Shown piece after piece: positions 13,066 to 26,479 of a stretch of 64,000 bases of DNA. Under the pieces are notes generated by a model. It was given only the letters and a program-made list of their open reading frames with translations. It was not told the origin of the DNA and ran no database searches. Each line of letters opens with the position of its first letter. Position 1 is the first letter of the stretch. The DNA comes from Camelus dromedarius (Eukaryota): NCBI RefSeq assembly GCF_036321535.1, contig NC_087441.1, positions 35,030,001 through 35,094,000 of the forward strand. Reading direction: 5' to 3'. The translations under genes were made by a program, and so were the position numbers.

Positions 13066-13590
13066 TGAGACAGGAGGGAAGGGGGCAGAGCACAGCCATT
13101 CAAGGAATGTCACAGCAATTAACACTAAGATGGTGAAAGATTCAGCTCCCAGTAGGCCTTGAGGATTAAGATGGCAGGAGATTTGACTCCCAGTAGACCT
13201 TGAGCTTCATTATATGCTCACTGTAATATATTAGCATGGTAAATAACATGTCCACAGGCACCACGACAGTTTCGAGGCTAACCATAAAAGGTCAAAGCGG
13301 CCCAATTCCTGGGAATCCCAGTTCAGTGCCCAGGATAGTTGAAATGGTCCTCCCACTTGTTGGCATGTGAAGCTACCAAGCCCATAAAAACTGGCAACAC
13401 TGTGCCTCACAGCCACATCTCACACTCCCTCATCCTCAGAGACAGCTCTGCACTCCGTCTATGGAGTATGTATCTACTTTTACTTTAACCTGAGCACTCA
13501 ACCCCCACACCTCATGGCCTTCCTCTCGCCTTTTGAAACAGCCTACACTCTATGTAGTATGAACCTCTCTAAATAAATCTACCTTTACTC
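13066..13590 (+). mobile_element. ERV1-type LTR U3-R portion, lacking U5
   Basis: Begins TGAGACAGG directly after the polypurine tract. TATA-like cataaaa at ~13383. Poly(A) begins 13 nt after the end of the AATAAA. Confidence 0.7.
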
Positions 13591-13612
13591 AAAAAAAAAA
13601 AAAAAGAAAAGT

Positions 13613-13800
13613 TAGAGGCAGAGACCAGAATAATATACCTACAAACCAAGGAATATCTGTGGCTGCCAGAACCTGGAAGGGACAGGGAAGGATGCTCCCC
13701 AGAGGCTTTGGAGGATGCAGAGCTCCGCCAACACCTTGAAATAATACATTTCTGTTGTTTTAAGTACCAGTTTGTGTTACCTTGTTATAGCAGCCCTTTG
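13613..13800 (+). mobile_element. MLT1B/C LTR, 3' half
   Basis: Continues the MLT1 consensus exactly where the 5' half stopped (gaggcagaga...caaaccaaggaa...ccaacaccttga...aatacatttctgttgttttaag...ttgttatagcagccct). Confidence 0.8.
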
Positions 13801-14178
13801 GGGGCATCCATCTGGGGATGGTGAAAAAACATCAGCTGCTCCTAGAGGGCATGGATAGAAAGTGCGCTGACTCAGGGAATTCAATGACTTAACAGACTCT
13901 TCTTTCAGGCCACATTTACTCTGACTTTTCTGAATTAAAGCATCCCTAAGTGCGAGGATAAACAAAACCAGGATCAGACTAATAGGTCTTAGATTAAATA
14001 ATACATAAAAATGGCTTCAGGTGAATGAAATCTCCTATAACAGCTTGTGTGTCTAGTGCTCCCTGGTATCTCAAGACCTGTTGGCATTAACAGATATCAA
14101 GCTGTCACCATATTTACTCATGCTGAGAAGTTCCAACACACTTAATAGAACGAATAAATGTATTAGAATCACTACAGT

Positions 14179-14289
14179 ACGAGGGCGGGGGCTAGGTATA
14201 GCTCAGTGGTAGAGTCCTGGGTTCAATCCTTAGTACTTCTATTAAAATAAACAAATAAACCTAATTACCTCCCCTCCCCCACCCCCCCA
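14179..14289 (+). mobile_element. tRNA-derived SINE (camelid Vic-1-like) with an internal deletion
   Basis: A box tagctcagtgg (14199-14209), B box gttcaatcc (14221-14229), tail aaataaacctaattacctcccc. TSD aatcactacagt at 14167-14178 and 14290-14301. Confidence 0.8.
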
Positions 14290-14439
14290 AATCACTACAG
14301 TGTTTGTTTCCATAAAGTTTTTCAAAGCGAAGGAAGTGCAAAAGAAATGGTATAATGGGGATGAGAGAAACAAGAAATATGTTTAAGGGAAGGGGGCCAT
14401 TAAACTAAACCTTCATAGTTCTTGCTTAAGCTTTTATCT

Positions 14440-14620
14440 TGGAAGGTAGTAAAACACAGCTGCTAGACGCAGACGCCCTTGAGCTATGCTAGCTCCACTA
14501 CTAACTAGCTCTGGGTCTTTTAGGCAAGTTACATATTGTTTCTAAACTTAGTTCAATCATAGTTAATGAGACTAATAATTCTACCAACTATGTAAAGAAA
14601 TCATTTGGTAATTATCAGCA
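14440..14620 (+). mobile_element. MIR SINE
   Basis: gctccactactaactagctctgggtctttaggcaagttac...taataattctacc core. Confidence 0.5.
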
Positions 14621-15479
14621 ACTATTCCAATTACTAATCTCAATGTTAGCTTAAGTTGCCACTTCACTCATGAAGAGCTGTTCCTCCAGGCCTCTCTGTT
14701 TTTAAAATAGAAAGAAATAAAGCCAGCTGCCAAACTGGTCAACCCTAAAAAGTACCCATAATGCCACAACCTCTCTTGGACTATAAGCAATTGGACACAA
14801 AGAGTAGATCCCTTGCAAATCTTGTTGGTAAGAATCTTTCTAAGATGTTCTAATCCTTCTCCTGTTTGGTAAATAGAAGATACAGTCCATGACACTATCT
14901 TTTTAATCTTTCAACCTCTTGCAGAATAGTGATGGTCACTATTCTGAGTATCAAATATTATTTTTATATAATACTTTAATAAATATATCAAAATAGCCTT
15001 TTATAATGTACAAAGCATGCCCATAGTGCTGAACTCATCCCCTTATGACATCATCCTATTCTTTTGCTTCATTTTGTTTCACCTTCCATAGGTGGAATTT
15101 CTGGTTTCTAAAAAGTCAGCCATCATGTCCTAAGTCTTCCTTTCTCTAACTAAAATAAGTATCAACTATACATAATTTGATATTTTCAAAACCTCTTCCA
15201 AACTGTTGTTGAGCAGTTAAATTTTGGAACCTAACTGTATTCTTTTAAGGCTTACAAATTTCACATTGGTGATTTCAATTCATCAATCTGGTCTAAGATA
15301 AAGATCAATTCTACCAAATATTTCCCTTCCCAGTCTTGTATAACCAACAATGCTGAAAAAGAAGCCTTCTAATATTAAGCAGAGCTCTGCCAAGAACAAA
15401 GCTATGGAGAACATCACTGGAGATTTTCTTCCACCTTGAAATGGGTCCATTCAAGAAAATAAGATAGAGTTTATAGATA

Positions 15480-17085
15480 TATTTTAGATCTGAAGATTTA
15501 TGTAGTTAAGATGGCAATAGTCCCCAAACTGATGCACAGATTCAAACACAAGGCCCATCAAAATCCCAGTTTGCTTCTTTGCAAAAATTGACAAAATGGT
15601 TCTAAAATTCAACTGGAATGTAAAAAACATAAAATAGCCAAGACAATCTTGAAAAAGAACATGGCTGGAGGACTCATACATCTTGATTTTAAAACTTACT
15701 ACAAAGCTCTTACAATCAAGATATTATGATATTTATATATGGATAGCAGATTAATCCAATAAAATTGAGAGTCTAGGGGAAAAAAATATACATTTATAGT
15801 CAATTGATTTTGAACAAGAGTGCCAAGGCAATTCAACAGGGGAAGGAATAGTCTTTTAAACAAATGGCGCTGGAACAACTGGATATCCAGATGCAAAAGA
15901 ATGAAGTTGGACCCATACTTCATATCACACACAAGGATTAACTCAAATGGATCATAAATCTAAATGTAAATGCTAAAACTATAAAAATTTTTAAAATAAA
16001 TATAAAGCTTTATGACCATGGTATAAGAAACAGTTTCTTTGATATGACACCAAATGCACAAGTGACACAAAAATTAGATAAAATAAACCTCACCAAAATT
16101 AAAAACTTCTGTGCACTAAAAGACATCATCAAAAAGTGAAAAAGTTACCCACAGAAGTGGAGAAAGTATTTGCTAATCATAGATCTGGTAAGTGACTCGT
16201 ATCTATAGTATATAAGAACTATTACACCTAAATTAATAAAAGATAACCCAATTTAGAAAATGAACAATGGATGGACANNNNNNNNNNNNNNNNNNNNNNN
16301 NNNNNNNNNNNNNNNNNNNNNNNNNNNNNNNNNNNNNNNNNNNNNNNNNNNNNNNNNNNNNNNNNNNNNNNNNNNNNNNNNNNNNNNNNNNNNNNNNNNN
16401 NNNNNNNNNNNNNNNNNNNNNNNNNNNNNNNNNNNNNNNNNNNNNNACATGGAGAAGCTGAAAGCCTCATTCAATGCTGTTTAGAATGTAAAATGGTGCA
16501 CTTCGTTGGAAAATAGTTTGCCAATTCTTCAAATTGTTAGACAGAACTACTATATGACCCAGCTATTTTACTCCTAGGTATATACCAAAGAAAAATGAAA
16601 GCATATATCCACACAAAAACTTTAATGGGAATAACATTTTAACATTTCTCTGTAGCAATGTCATTCATAACAGCCAAAAAGAGGAAACAACCCAAATGTT
16701 CATCAATTGATGAACGTAGAAACAAAATGCAGTGTATCCTTACAACATAATATTATTTGGCAGTAAAAGGAAATGAATGATGCATGCTACAACATCAATG
16801 ATCCTTGAAAACATTATGGTGGTAAATGAAAGAAAATACACGTGTGGTTCCATTTATAAATGTCCGATACATGCAAATGATTTGTGGTTTCCTAGTGCTG
16901 GGGGGTGCGGTTTTGGGGAATTGAGGACTCAGAGTGAATGGTTTTAGGGTTCCTCTTGTGGTGATTAAAATGATCTAAAGGTGATTGTGGTGATGGTGCA
17001 TGAATATACTAGAAACCACTGAATTGTATACTTCAAATGGATGACTTTTATAGTATGTGAATTATATGTCAATAAAGTTTTTAAG
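15480..17085 (+). mobile_element. Old L1M (L1MB-like) ORF2 3' end plus 3' UTR; N gap 16278-16446
   Basis: Decayed ORF2 C-terminal motifs (tttttgaacaagagtgccaagg, aacaactggatatcc, tatgacccagc, cccaaatgttcatcaattgatgaa). Ends tatgtgaattatatgtcaataaag. Confidence 0.85.
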
Positions 17086-19289
17086 GTAAGTAAATTTACT
17101 GCAAAACATTCTTAGAGGATATTAATGTTCAGTGTGAATATCTGAGAGGGGATTAATGTACAATATGCCAATCACATTTATCCATAGAGCCATTTATTCT
17201 TAAAGCATTTTGAAAAACATACTGATTGCAGACTCAACTTGAGCTTGTTTTCCTTTTTCGAAACACAGAACGTAGAATTAGTTTGTTACATTTAAGATGT
17301 CTTGTATATGTTCTACCTTTTGACTATTCTTCCAAAATAGTAAGAAATGTCTATGTATGAATATTCAATCTGTAAATATAAATGCTTTGTATATAGAAAG
17401 GTTTGTTAAATGGATGAGTTTTTTAGATGAATGGCAATAATATTGATTGCAGGAATATTTCAATTGTTGAGATTTTTCTGTTATTTATAACTCAGTTCCA
17501 AATCTGTTTTCCTGAGAAGTCACAAATTTCCATATGAAAACCTCTCTATGGTCACATAATAACATACCCAATTAACCTTTAGACTATAAAAATGGTATGG
17601 GGAGGAGACCGCCTCATCTTATTTTGATCAAGAATATCCGCTTAATGGAACAGGAATTTTCTAGTGTAAGTAACCACGCCTTATTGAATTCCAAGATATT
17701 CATGCTTTTTATGCTTTCCAGTGATTACCATTCAAAACATAAAGTAAGCTCTCTTGGCCATGAGGTCGAAGCAAGGAGGATGCTACCATCTCTACGGCTG
17801 AGTTTGTAAGAGAACAGCAGATCACAGAGGTACAGAATGCGAGAGTTGGAAGGAGGCTTAGAGAAAAATATATTTAATTCTATTCTCAATCCTCTAATTT
17901 CAGAACTGAGGCCCTATGCTCCAGTCCCTGAATGAGTTGCCAAGATGAAAAACAGAAAGAATTCAAATTCAAGCCTTCTGAATCCTCCCCAGTGTCCTCT
18001 TTACATCATATTGTCTTTCAGTGTGTAAGGCATCGTGGGCTTCTTTGCTCTGGACTATACTGTCAACAACGAGTATGCATATGAGTATGATAAACCACCA
18101 TGTTTGGTGGGGCTTTCTTATGCATGTCAGGTTCTCTAGGTTCTGCTGTGTTCAGAAAACACCTACAAATGATTCAGTGCTTAGCTTTCTCATTCATCCA
18201 AAACGTGTTTGACATTTCCAAATCATCTGTAAAGGCAAACTAAAGTAGATCATTAATTTTCATGCTATTTCAGAACATCTTAAAATTATACGGCTCAGGA
18301 CAAATGTTTTCACTTTTTATTTCTGTTTTGTGCAGCTCTTTCTATTGTTGACTGTCATTCTCTGTGTCTCCTTCTATAAAACGTTCTTGTTTTTCACTTT
18401 TGTTTTAAATTTGTGTCCTCTGCAGCCTCTAAAGATAGCATGAGCAGAAATCTCCCAGCTAATAGATTTTCAAATTACTTCACTTTACATTTACAAATTC
18501 CCCTCTTGCTACTTCGTTAAATCAATGCTAGTCACATAGACAACTTTACCCAAAAATGTTTGAGACAGTTTACCAAATTAGAATTTTAAATGCTAGTTAA
18601 GAATATGTCTCCTTTCAAACAGTGAAAATTCTTGCCGTGAGCCTTAAAGATGACAAAATAATACTCTCCTTTACTAAATTAAAGCTTACCCGGTGCTTAT
18701 GTGGAAAAACAAATCAAGTAACTATGAATAAATCACATAACAGCCAAATGGTCTTGCATAATGATTTCACACTTAGTTTGATTTATCAGTAGATTCATCA
18801 TTCACAATGTCTTTTAAAGCATAATTAAATTTTGCATCGTCTGTGAGGAAAACAGCATGGTAAGGACTGAATTTTCCTGAGGCCAAGAACTTTGAAAATA
18901 TCTACTAACTCTATATATAGAAATTTTAAAATACATTCAAGTATATTTTACATAAATATACAAGTATTGAATATACAAGTATTCAAATACAAATACTTGT
19001 ATTTGAAGCCTCACTGATTTTGTTATGTACATTTTAATAGAGTAAATAAAATTCTAATGAAACGTAGCACTTTTCAAAATTGTCAAGAGAACAAATTATT
19101 TTCAAGTATTTAGAAGCATCCATTTTCATGTAAACAATATTCAAATAAAAACATCTTTATTCAATTAAAAAGTCCATATGAGTTCTATCTGGTAAAGTCT
19201 AGTTTTTGTTCCTCATGGAAAAAATTGCTTTGATTAAAAATATTAAATAATTCAAGTCTACTGTTTAACATTACTATAAAATGTTAGTT

Positions 19290-20210
19290 CCTTTAGGCTA
19301 TGATTCTGCTGTATTTAATGTTATATCCCCAGAATCTAGAAGACTGCCTGGCAGATGATAAGGAGGTGCTTAATAAAAATTTATCAAATGAATGTGAAAT
19401 AAATGAATAGCCATCACTGTCGATATAAAATCTAACGTTACCAAGTGTTTCCAATGTGCCAGAAACTATGCTATACTCTCTATTTTGTTATTGCTTTTCA
19501 ACCTATTGGAGAAGAACCCCTGTCACCTCCATTTATAGATGATACTAAGTTCAGAGAGGCTAAGGCAATATCCAAGGTTGCCCATTTAGAAAGTTGAGGG
19601 ATTTAAACCCAGTTCTCCTTAACTGCAAGGCTTGAGCCTAATCCCTACTCTATAGTAACAAGAATAATACCAGCAATGATATAAAATATTATTGTTAAAA
19701 CATTCCTGTGTACAACACATGGTTTTAAGCCTTCACATATGTTAACTCACCTAATCCTCACAACAATCTTATAAATCAGATACAGCTATCCCCAATTTAC
19801 AAGTGAGCACACAGAATATATATTCTGGTTTCCCCTCAATTACCTCCAATTATTAGGCTTTTTTTTTTTTTTTTAAATTATGGCTCCTTTTTCAATAAAA
19901 AGCCAAAGAAGGAAAGTACAGCTATGGTCTTCCTCCAAAACTTGGTTCCAAGTCCTGCTTTTGATGGGACCCTGGCTAAGGCATAAACATAATAAAAATA
20001 ACTTCTATTAAGTAACTGAAATATGCTAGGCAACTAACATGAATTATTATCAGAGTCTTCCTAACATTCTCAAGATAGATATGATTATCCTCATTTCATT
20101 GATGAGAAAACTGAGTCTGGGAGAGACTGCCCAAACTGCAAGCCAATTAGTGCCAGGGTCAAGATTCAAACTTAGGTCTCGAGCCCAATCCAGATACACT
20201 ATCCAATTAT
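19290..20210. mobile_element. Cluster of L2 tail and MIR fragments
   Basis: L2 tail gtgcttaataaaaatttatcaaatgaatg; minus-strand MIR cores (atttatagatgatactaagttcagagagg; gatgagaaaactgagtctggg). Confidence 0.5.
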
Positions 20211-23200
20211 TACTGGTACTTATTTTTTAGGGATAAAGATTTTCCTAGAACTTTAGCAAACTAGAAGGCACCCGTTCTTGAACATTCCCAAAAAGCAGCC
20301 TCTTTTCTATAACTTCAATGGCACATCAAAGCAATAAAGACAGAAGGGGTACATATCACTGGGATTCTTTTCAATAGAGAGCCCAGAATACTTCCTGGAT
20401 AAGAAATCCATTAATGGTTACCTGATTTATTTTCACTCCTCCTTTTCATGGACTATAAACTCTCTTTTGCCTTTAGTAATGCTAATGCCTTATAGTTGTG
20501 ATGCTGCACTTTTCATGTTTTACCACATCCAATGCTTACCAAATCCATTCCTAGGACTATCTTGTTATTTCTCACAACTTTTCTGAGGTAATAACACAGT
20601 CTTGTCTATCTTGTGATGCAGTATAAAGCCAAAGGCACAATTAAAATGAATACTAAGAACTTCCCAACTGAAGAGACCATGTTTCCTCCAGATCCTCAGT
20701 CTTTAGTGACCCCTGGTTCAGATTTAAGATGTAGTAGCTCTCCCCTAGTCTTAGTTTAGAAAGAGTTTTGAAGATTCCCTACTAGTAAGGAAAAATTAAG
20801 CTTGAATTCCAACCTTGTTAAACTTTTATAGTGATGTGCACATATTACATCAAACGAGAACAATAATTGCAAATGTGAAAAAAGGAAAAATGAGTGTATA
20901 AATGAAGGCAATAAGTGAAAAGTTAAAAGTCGGGCAACTGGATTTATTGCACCTCAAGGGATCACTTTTAAGTATAATCCTAAATCTCTCAGCAACCTAA
21001 GCCAATATATTTCCTATTCCACTTTAGAGTAATGTGTAGCCAAAACTTTGATATATCATTACTTTTCTGAATGTTAAATGGACTCTGACTCATCATTTGG
21101 TAAGAATCATTCAATTATCATAATTACATAGGAACTAATCCAGTGCCCATATGTGCAGGTGTTGTCGAGGCATAATATAAATGACTTCACCCAAATCACT
21201 TCTGCAAATATAGGTTGCATGCAACATTTCCTACTAATTATTCCAGAACTAGGATGAAACCAAAACCAACTTACTCCAAAAACATTTTAGAGACCTCCAA
21301 AAGATTAAAAGTACACAATATTTCTAGTTATTCTTAATTAACAAACCAAGGTTTCAGGCAGGTTTTTCTTTGAAATTTTCATGAAAGACTAGTAAATTTA
21401 ATTTGAATGTATGTCTTAATCAACATGATGTAAAGAGTTTAATTCAGAGATTTAGGACACCGTAGCAGAGAATTAGAATTTGTGAGTGTTTTTAAGGTTA
21501 TCATATCCACCACCACATATCTGATATTTGACAAAGCCCTTATCTTTAGTTACGTCCCTTAATTGCTCTAGCAAAAGCTGCATGGTTCATGGTGAGGCTG
21601 GACTGAGAGAACTTTTATTGATTGTATGACTGCATTGAGATGTGGCTGAAAGCCAGTATTTAAGTTGAGTTACTCTCTAATCTTTCAAAGCTTAGAAACA
21701 CACAGCTGAAGAAATGCTCAATAAATACCAATCCAATTTGCTGGAAACATCAAGGTAAGGAAGATCCCAAGCAGCTCTTCCTTAACAATGATGAAAAAGG
21801 AAGCAGCATGCAGATACCCTCAAGACAATCCAAACACCTCTGGAATCACTCACTCATAACGTCTCCTCATTACCACGTCTACATAATACCATCAAAACTA
21901 AAGTTAAATTAACTCCAAAATATCATCTTAACATCAGTCACTGGGATCAATAAAAAGTCAATGACACTAACATAAATCATGATACTAAATTAGGACAAAT
22001 AGCTGCATTTTTGGTGTAAACAATAACCAACATCTATTTTAAACCAATTCTGAAATAACTACTCTGAAAAAAAAAAAACCAAACATTTCCAAGCATTTTG
22101 GTGATGTTCATGAAAGCTCCAAATAAACAGCCAAGAGCAGCAGTTTTAGACTCAAGTTCTACTGAGTAAAGGGTAAAACCAACTGGAGAGAGCAACCAAG
22201 TTTTGACTGAATGTCATTTGTTTAACAGCTGTGTGTTGAACAACTAGAAGCTAAAGGTGGGGGTAATATAGTAAACGAGAAGGGCAAGATCCTAAAGACA
22301 AAGGAGATTATAGAACATATAAGTAATCAAACCCATAAGTTATAGTTTTGATGAGGGTTATAAAAGGGGAAAACAGATCATTAGAGAATAATTAGAACTC
22401 AAGGACAATCTAAATTAGGTGGAGAGATCAAAGACAGCCTCTCTGAGGAGGTGAACCAGATGGAACTGTACGTGGCAAATACACCCAGTGTGCAGTGGAA
22501 CAAACGTGGTCACCGGTGACCTTGTCTCTAAGGATACAATAATCTACTTTTACTTCCATGACAGTTCTTTCTCTACACCCTCAGTACTGCATCTACAGTT
22601 TAGGAATGCCCTTGTCTCCCAACTCTTCTAATTCTCCCAGGAGTTCTAACTCCTCTTTCAACCTCTTTGCCCCTTCACTCCTCCCAGCTGAGCTTCTTGT
22701 GGGCTGGCTACATGTATAAAGCTATAACTCTGTGGTCCTGCTGCACTATGCTGTCAGGGTCAGAGGTGAGAACCAGCCAGGTGACCCACATAGGGACAAA
22801 TTTGAGCACTAATAAATCAGTTTGGCTAAAAAGCTTTTCTTGATGTTATAGGAGCAAATTCTTACCACAATTGCTAGGCAAAATTTATTTTTCTCAAATT
22901 CAAGTACTATATTTAAAATCTACTTAAGTAAACAAATTTTCCATTTAATTCTCTATGAACTGATTCTTTCCAATGATTTATGCTTCAAGTTTGAGTAAAA
23001 TAAAAATGACATTTCTGCTGTTGGGACTATTCTTTAAAAGAGTATTTAAAGTTAGATGATATCAAGTCCACAGCACAGTAGTCTTTTATATAACAGATTT
23101 ACCAGATCTTTTATTTAATAGAGATTAAACATTACCCCAGTCAGATTCTCCTGGTACACACAATAGCTCAATAGCCAAGTGTTGTTTTTAGTTATCATAA

Positions 23201-24419
23201 GCATATGCAGATGCTAAACCCTAAGATTCCTAGTTAGGAAGGACAAAAAAAAAAAAAAAGATCTCTGAAGAATATTGCATATCCAGGAAAACAAGACTCA
23301 CAATACCATGAAAAATAAATTACTAACAAGGGTATAAAAAGTGCTGTATTATAATAATACTATTGTCATTGAGCTCAAATTTTGCAATTTCAAGCACCTT
23401 CTTAAGTAAAATTCAGAGCCCTATAGCTGGACAGAACGTAAATAATTATTTCTTTCTCAGTGTTGAAGAATAAAACCTAAAATTACTATTTTTCTATAAA
23501 TTTTTTATTTAGGCTGTTGCTTTATAAAAATTAAGTTACTTTTGTTAGCACTATAAATATTAAATTTATTCTCTAGAAATCTACATTTCTTTCCATAATA
23601 CTCATTACAATTACTAGCTATACGTTTGTATGTTTATTTATGTCTGTCTTCTCAACTAGACTGTTACCTCCCCGAAGGCAAGTATCATTTCTATTTTTGT
23701 TTCAAATCATCAGGCCCTACCAGACCCTCCATACATTTTACTGAATGAATGCTCATAATGATAAAGAGACTATATAGTATTTATGTAGAAGAATTAAAAA
23801 TCCTTGGATATAAGCTGAAATGCAGGAGAGAAAACACGAAGGTCAAAAACAATTTAAATTTCTAACCATAGTAGTAGTATAATCAAAAAGATGAATTGAC
23901 CCAAGCCATATTTTTCCTGTACCTAAAGGAAATAAATCCAAAATGTTTAGCAAATACCAAAATTTCTCTTTCAAATTCTAACATTGTGAGAGGGTATGAA
24001 ATTAACAAGAAAAAAATAGTGTAAAATACTCCAATGGGTTATGAATAAATTAATACAGAAAAATGTAACAACTAAGGACTGAAAACAAGGCCTACATCTG
24101 ATTTTAGAGTTTGAGGACAGAATACCAAAATGTAGGTTACATTCTTAGAATCTACCATCACACAATAATGCCAATCATTATTTATGATTTTCCTTAGCTT
24201 TGGTTCAAAACCCTGAGCATAGCAGACTTGCAATGAATGCATATTAATACCAACAATATTCCAGAGGTAAGTGGAAACCAGCATGGGTTTGCCTTCAGAC
24301 TGTCAATTATGAAGCCACAGCTCAAGTACTGGAGGAAATGACAGGAATGACCACTCACATCTCTTCCCTAAATGCTATCTGGGTACATAATTTTTATATT
24401 CAGGGATTTGGAGGGTGGA

Positions 24420-24640
24420 GAACAGCAAGGAAAATACAATTTGTTAAGTACCTACCCTGTACCACGCACTTTTCACACACATGATCTTATTTCAACATAA
24501 TGCTCTGAATCATCTCCATTTTCTTTATGAGGAAACCAAGGTTTAGAAAACATAACTCACCTCTTAAGGTAATAAGAATCCAAACCCTGGGTCTGACTCC
24601 AAAGTTCAAATTCTCTACACTATGTCACACTGCTGGAGCA
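24420..24640 (-). mobile_element. MIR SINE
   Basis: atgaggaaaccaaggtttagaaaacataactc...gtctgactccaaag. Confidence 0.55.
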
Positions 24641-25817
24641 GAACATGGGGTTGAGAGCTTGGGAAAGGCTGGGAGAGGCAACAGATGGAATTTGATTGGC
24701 CTCGAGCACTAAGATTATCTGGCCCAAAATCAAACAGAAGTCCTGCTTATCATAAATGGAGAGAGAAAAGAGGGAGCTGCTGATTCCTGCCAGGAAGACA
24801 CCTCCACACCAATTCCTGCTGTTTTTCCTTCAAACAGTCCTTTCAAGTTGTACCGCATAGAATGCGGAGAGTTTACTACAGAGGAAAAAGTACATGTTCT
24901 AGAATCAGATTCCTCCTCTTCCTTTCCCACCACCACAAATTTGAATTACAAAGCACCAGATAAACTGCCATAGAGGTTTCTCAAAAAAATCTCTCTCACA
25001 GCCATAGATTGTACCTGAAATCTTGTCAGAGGGATTTAGATCTTGCCTCTTTGCCACTAGAGCACACCTAAGTGAAGAAAATGGCCTAACACACACCATC
25101 ATTCCAAAGAAACATCACATGAGCTCAGCTGAAGGTGGTAGTCACCTCGAACAAACAATCCAGGAAACCGTGTCACCTTGTTTTGTGATTAACAACAAAA
25201 TGTTCACTCAGGAATACACCCTTTTCCCTCAGCAGAGTTAGTAACATTTTAGTCACATGTCAACCTAACTTTTTTTTTAAGAGCATTTCAAACAACATAT
25301 TGAGAATGCTCAACTTTCTGGGTGTCAGCTTTCTGGAATCTTCTAATTCTAGAATTCTTAGAGAAACAAAACTAAATTCCAACCCTGTCAGCAAAATCAG
25401 CCCCTCAACAGGCAGCAATAAATGAACACAACAGAAAAGACCACTGGTCCCAAAGAAAGTGGCTGACCCACTCTATTGTGGATGTTTCAACCATGTGTTA
25501 ATTCAAAAATAGTAACAGCCACAGACCACAAATAAGATGATTGTCTGGAGGGTGAGAAAACCTGTTGAGAAAAAGCCACTATAGCAATTTTCGCTAAAGG
25601 AAAAAAGAACCACATGATGCTACCAAAGAGCATATGGCAGCTGCAACACTCCGTTCTATTTTTAAGAAAAAATAAATGACTAAAAAGTGAACTAGTACCT
25701 AGAACTCTTTCAAGCAACCAAGTTCTAGAGCCTGTGCTTGGGTAATTAGCCACTATCTGCATACACATCCTTCACGTCTGCCTACATGCGATGACTCTGA
25801 GTCATCACGAACAAAAC

Positions 25818-26190
25818 TGACTACAGGAACTCTCAGTTTCCTGGGCCAACTTGGCTACAGTCCCCAGTTATTTAATCAACACTAATCTAGGTGGTATTGT
25901 AGAGGAATTTGCAGATGTGATAATATCTATAATCAATTTGATTTAAGTAAAGGATCCTCAATAATCTGGATAGGCCTGACCAAACCAGCTGAAAGAACAG
26001 AACAGTGGTTTCTCTGAGGAAGAAGAAATTCTACCTGCAGACTATGGCTTCTTCCTGCCAGAGAGTTTCCAGCCTGCCAACCAACCTTTGGACTTGCCTA
26101 CCCAGTCTCCACAACCATACTCATGTAACTTCTCTCTTAGTTGGTTGCTCCTAACTATGCTGTAGAAAAGGGAAATTCCCAGAACGAGTT
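25818..26190 (+). mobile_element. ERV-L 5' LTR (MLT2D-like)
   Basis: ccaacttggcta...atttaatcaacactaatctaggt...gtaaagga...ctgaggaagaagaaattct. Edges approximate. Confidence 0.75.
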
Positions 26191-26479
26191 CTGCATAAAT
26201 GACCTCAATACATCTATGTCTGCCCAGAAGGAAACCCATATCTCCTGTAGCTATAGGGCTGAGATTTCAAACCCAGAATCTCATCCTGTAAATTGCTGAC
26301 ACACACAAATTGAATTCCCAACCTTGCAGACCATCTTCATTACAGCGAGGGCACTGACTGGGAAGGAGTAGAATCTTGAAAATTGGAACAGATACACTTG
26401 GGAAATCCCAATGAAACTAAGGATTTCAAATCCCTAAATTCTGCTGAATCATTTGCTAATAGAAGCCAGTCTTCCACCT

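Larger units (their letters stand above)
10504..13610 (+). mobile_element. Polyadenylated ERV1-class (MER4-group-like) retrocopy: internal sequence, PPT, U3-R and poly(A), flanked by a TSD
   Basis: TAGAGGCAGA occurs at 10494-10503 and 13613-13622. PPT gagtggggaa at 13056-13065, then TG-starting LTR, AATAAA at 13572-13577 and A15 at 13591-13605. No U5. Confidence 0.6.

Noticed and set aside
14190-14240. tRNA gene
   Set aside because: A and B boxes are present but there is no cloverleaf, and it has a SINE tail and TSD.
18955-19010. Short perfect hairpin ttcaaatacaa-atac-ttgtatttgaa with local repeats (miRNA or MITE)
   Set aside because: The stem is only ~11 bp and AT-rich; explained by local slippage and too short for a pre-miRNA.
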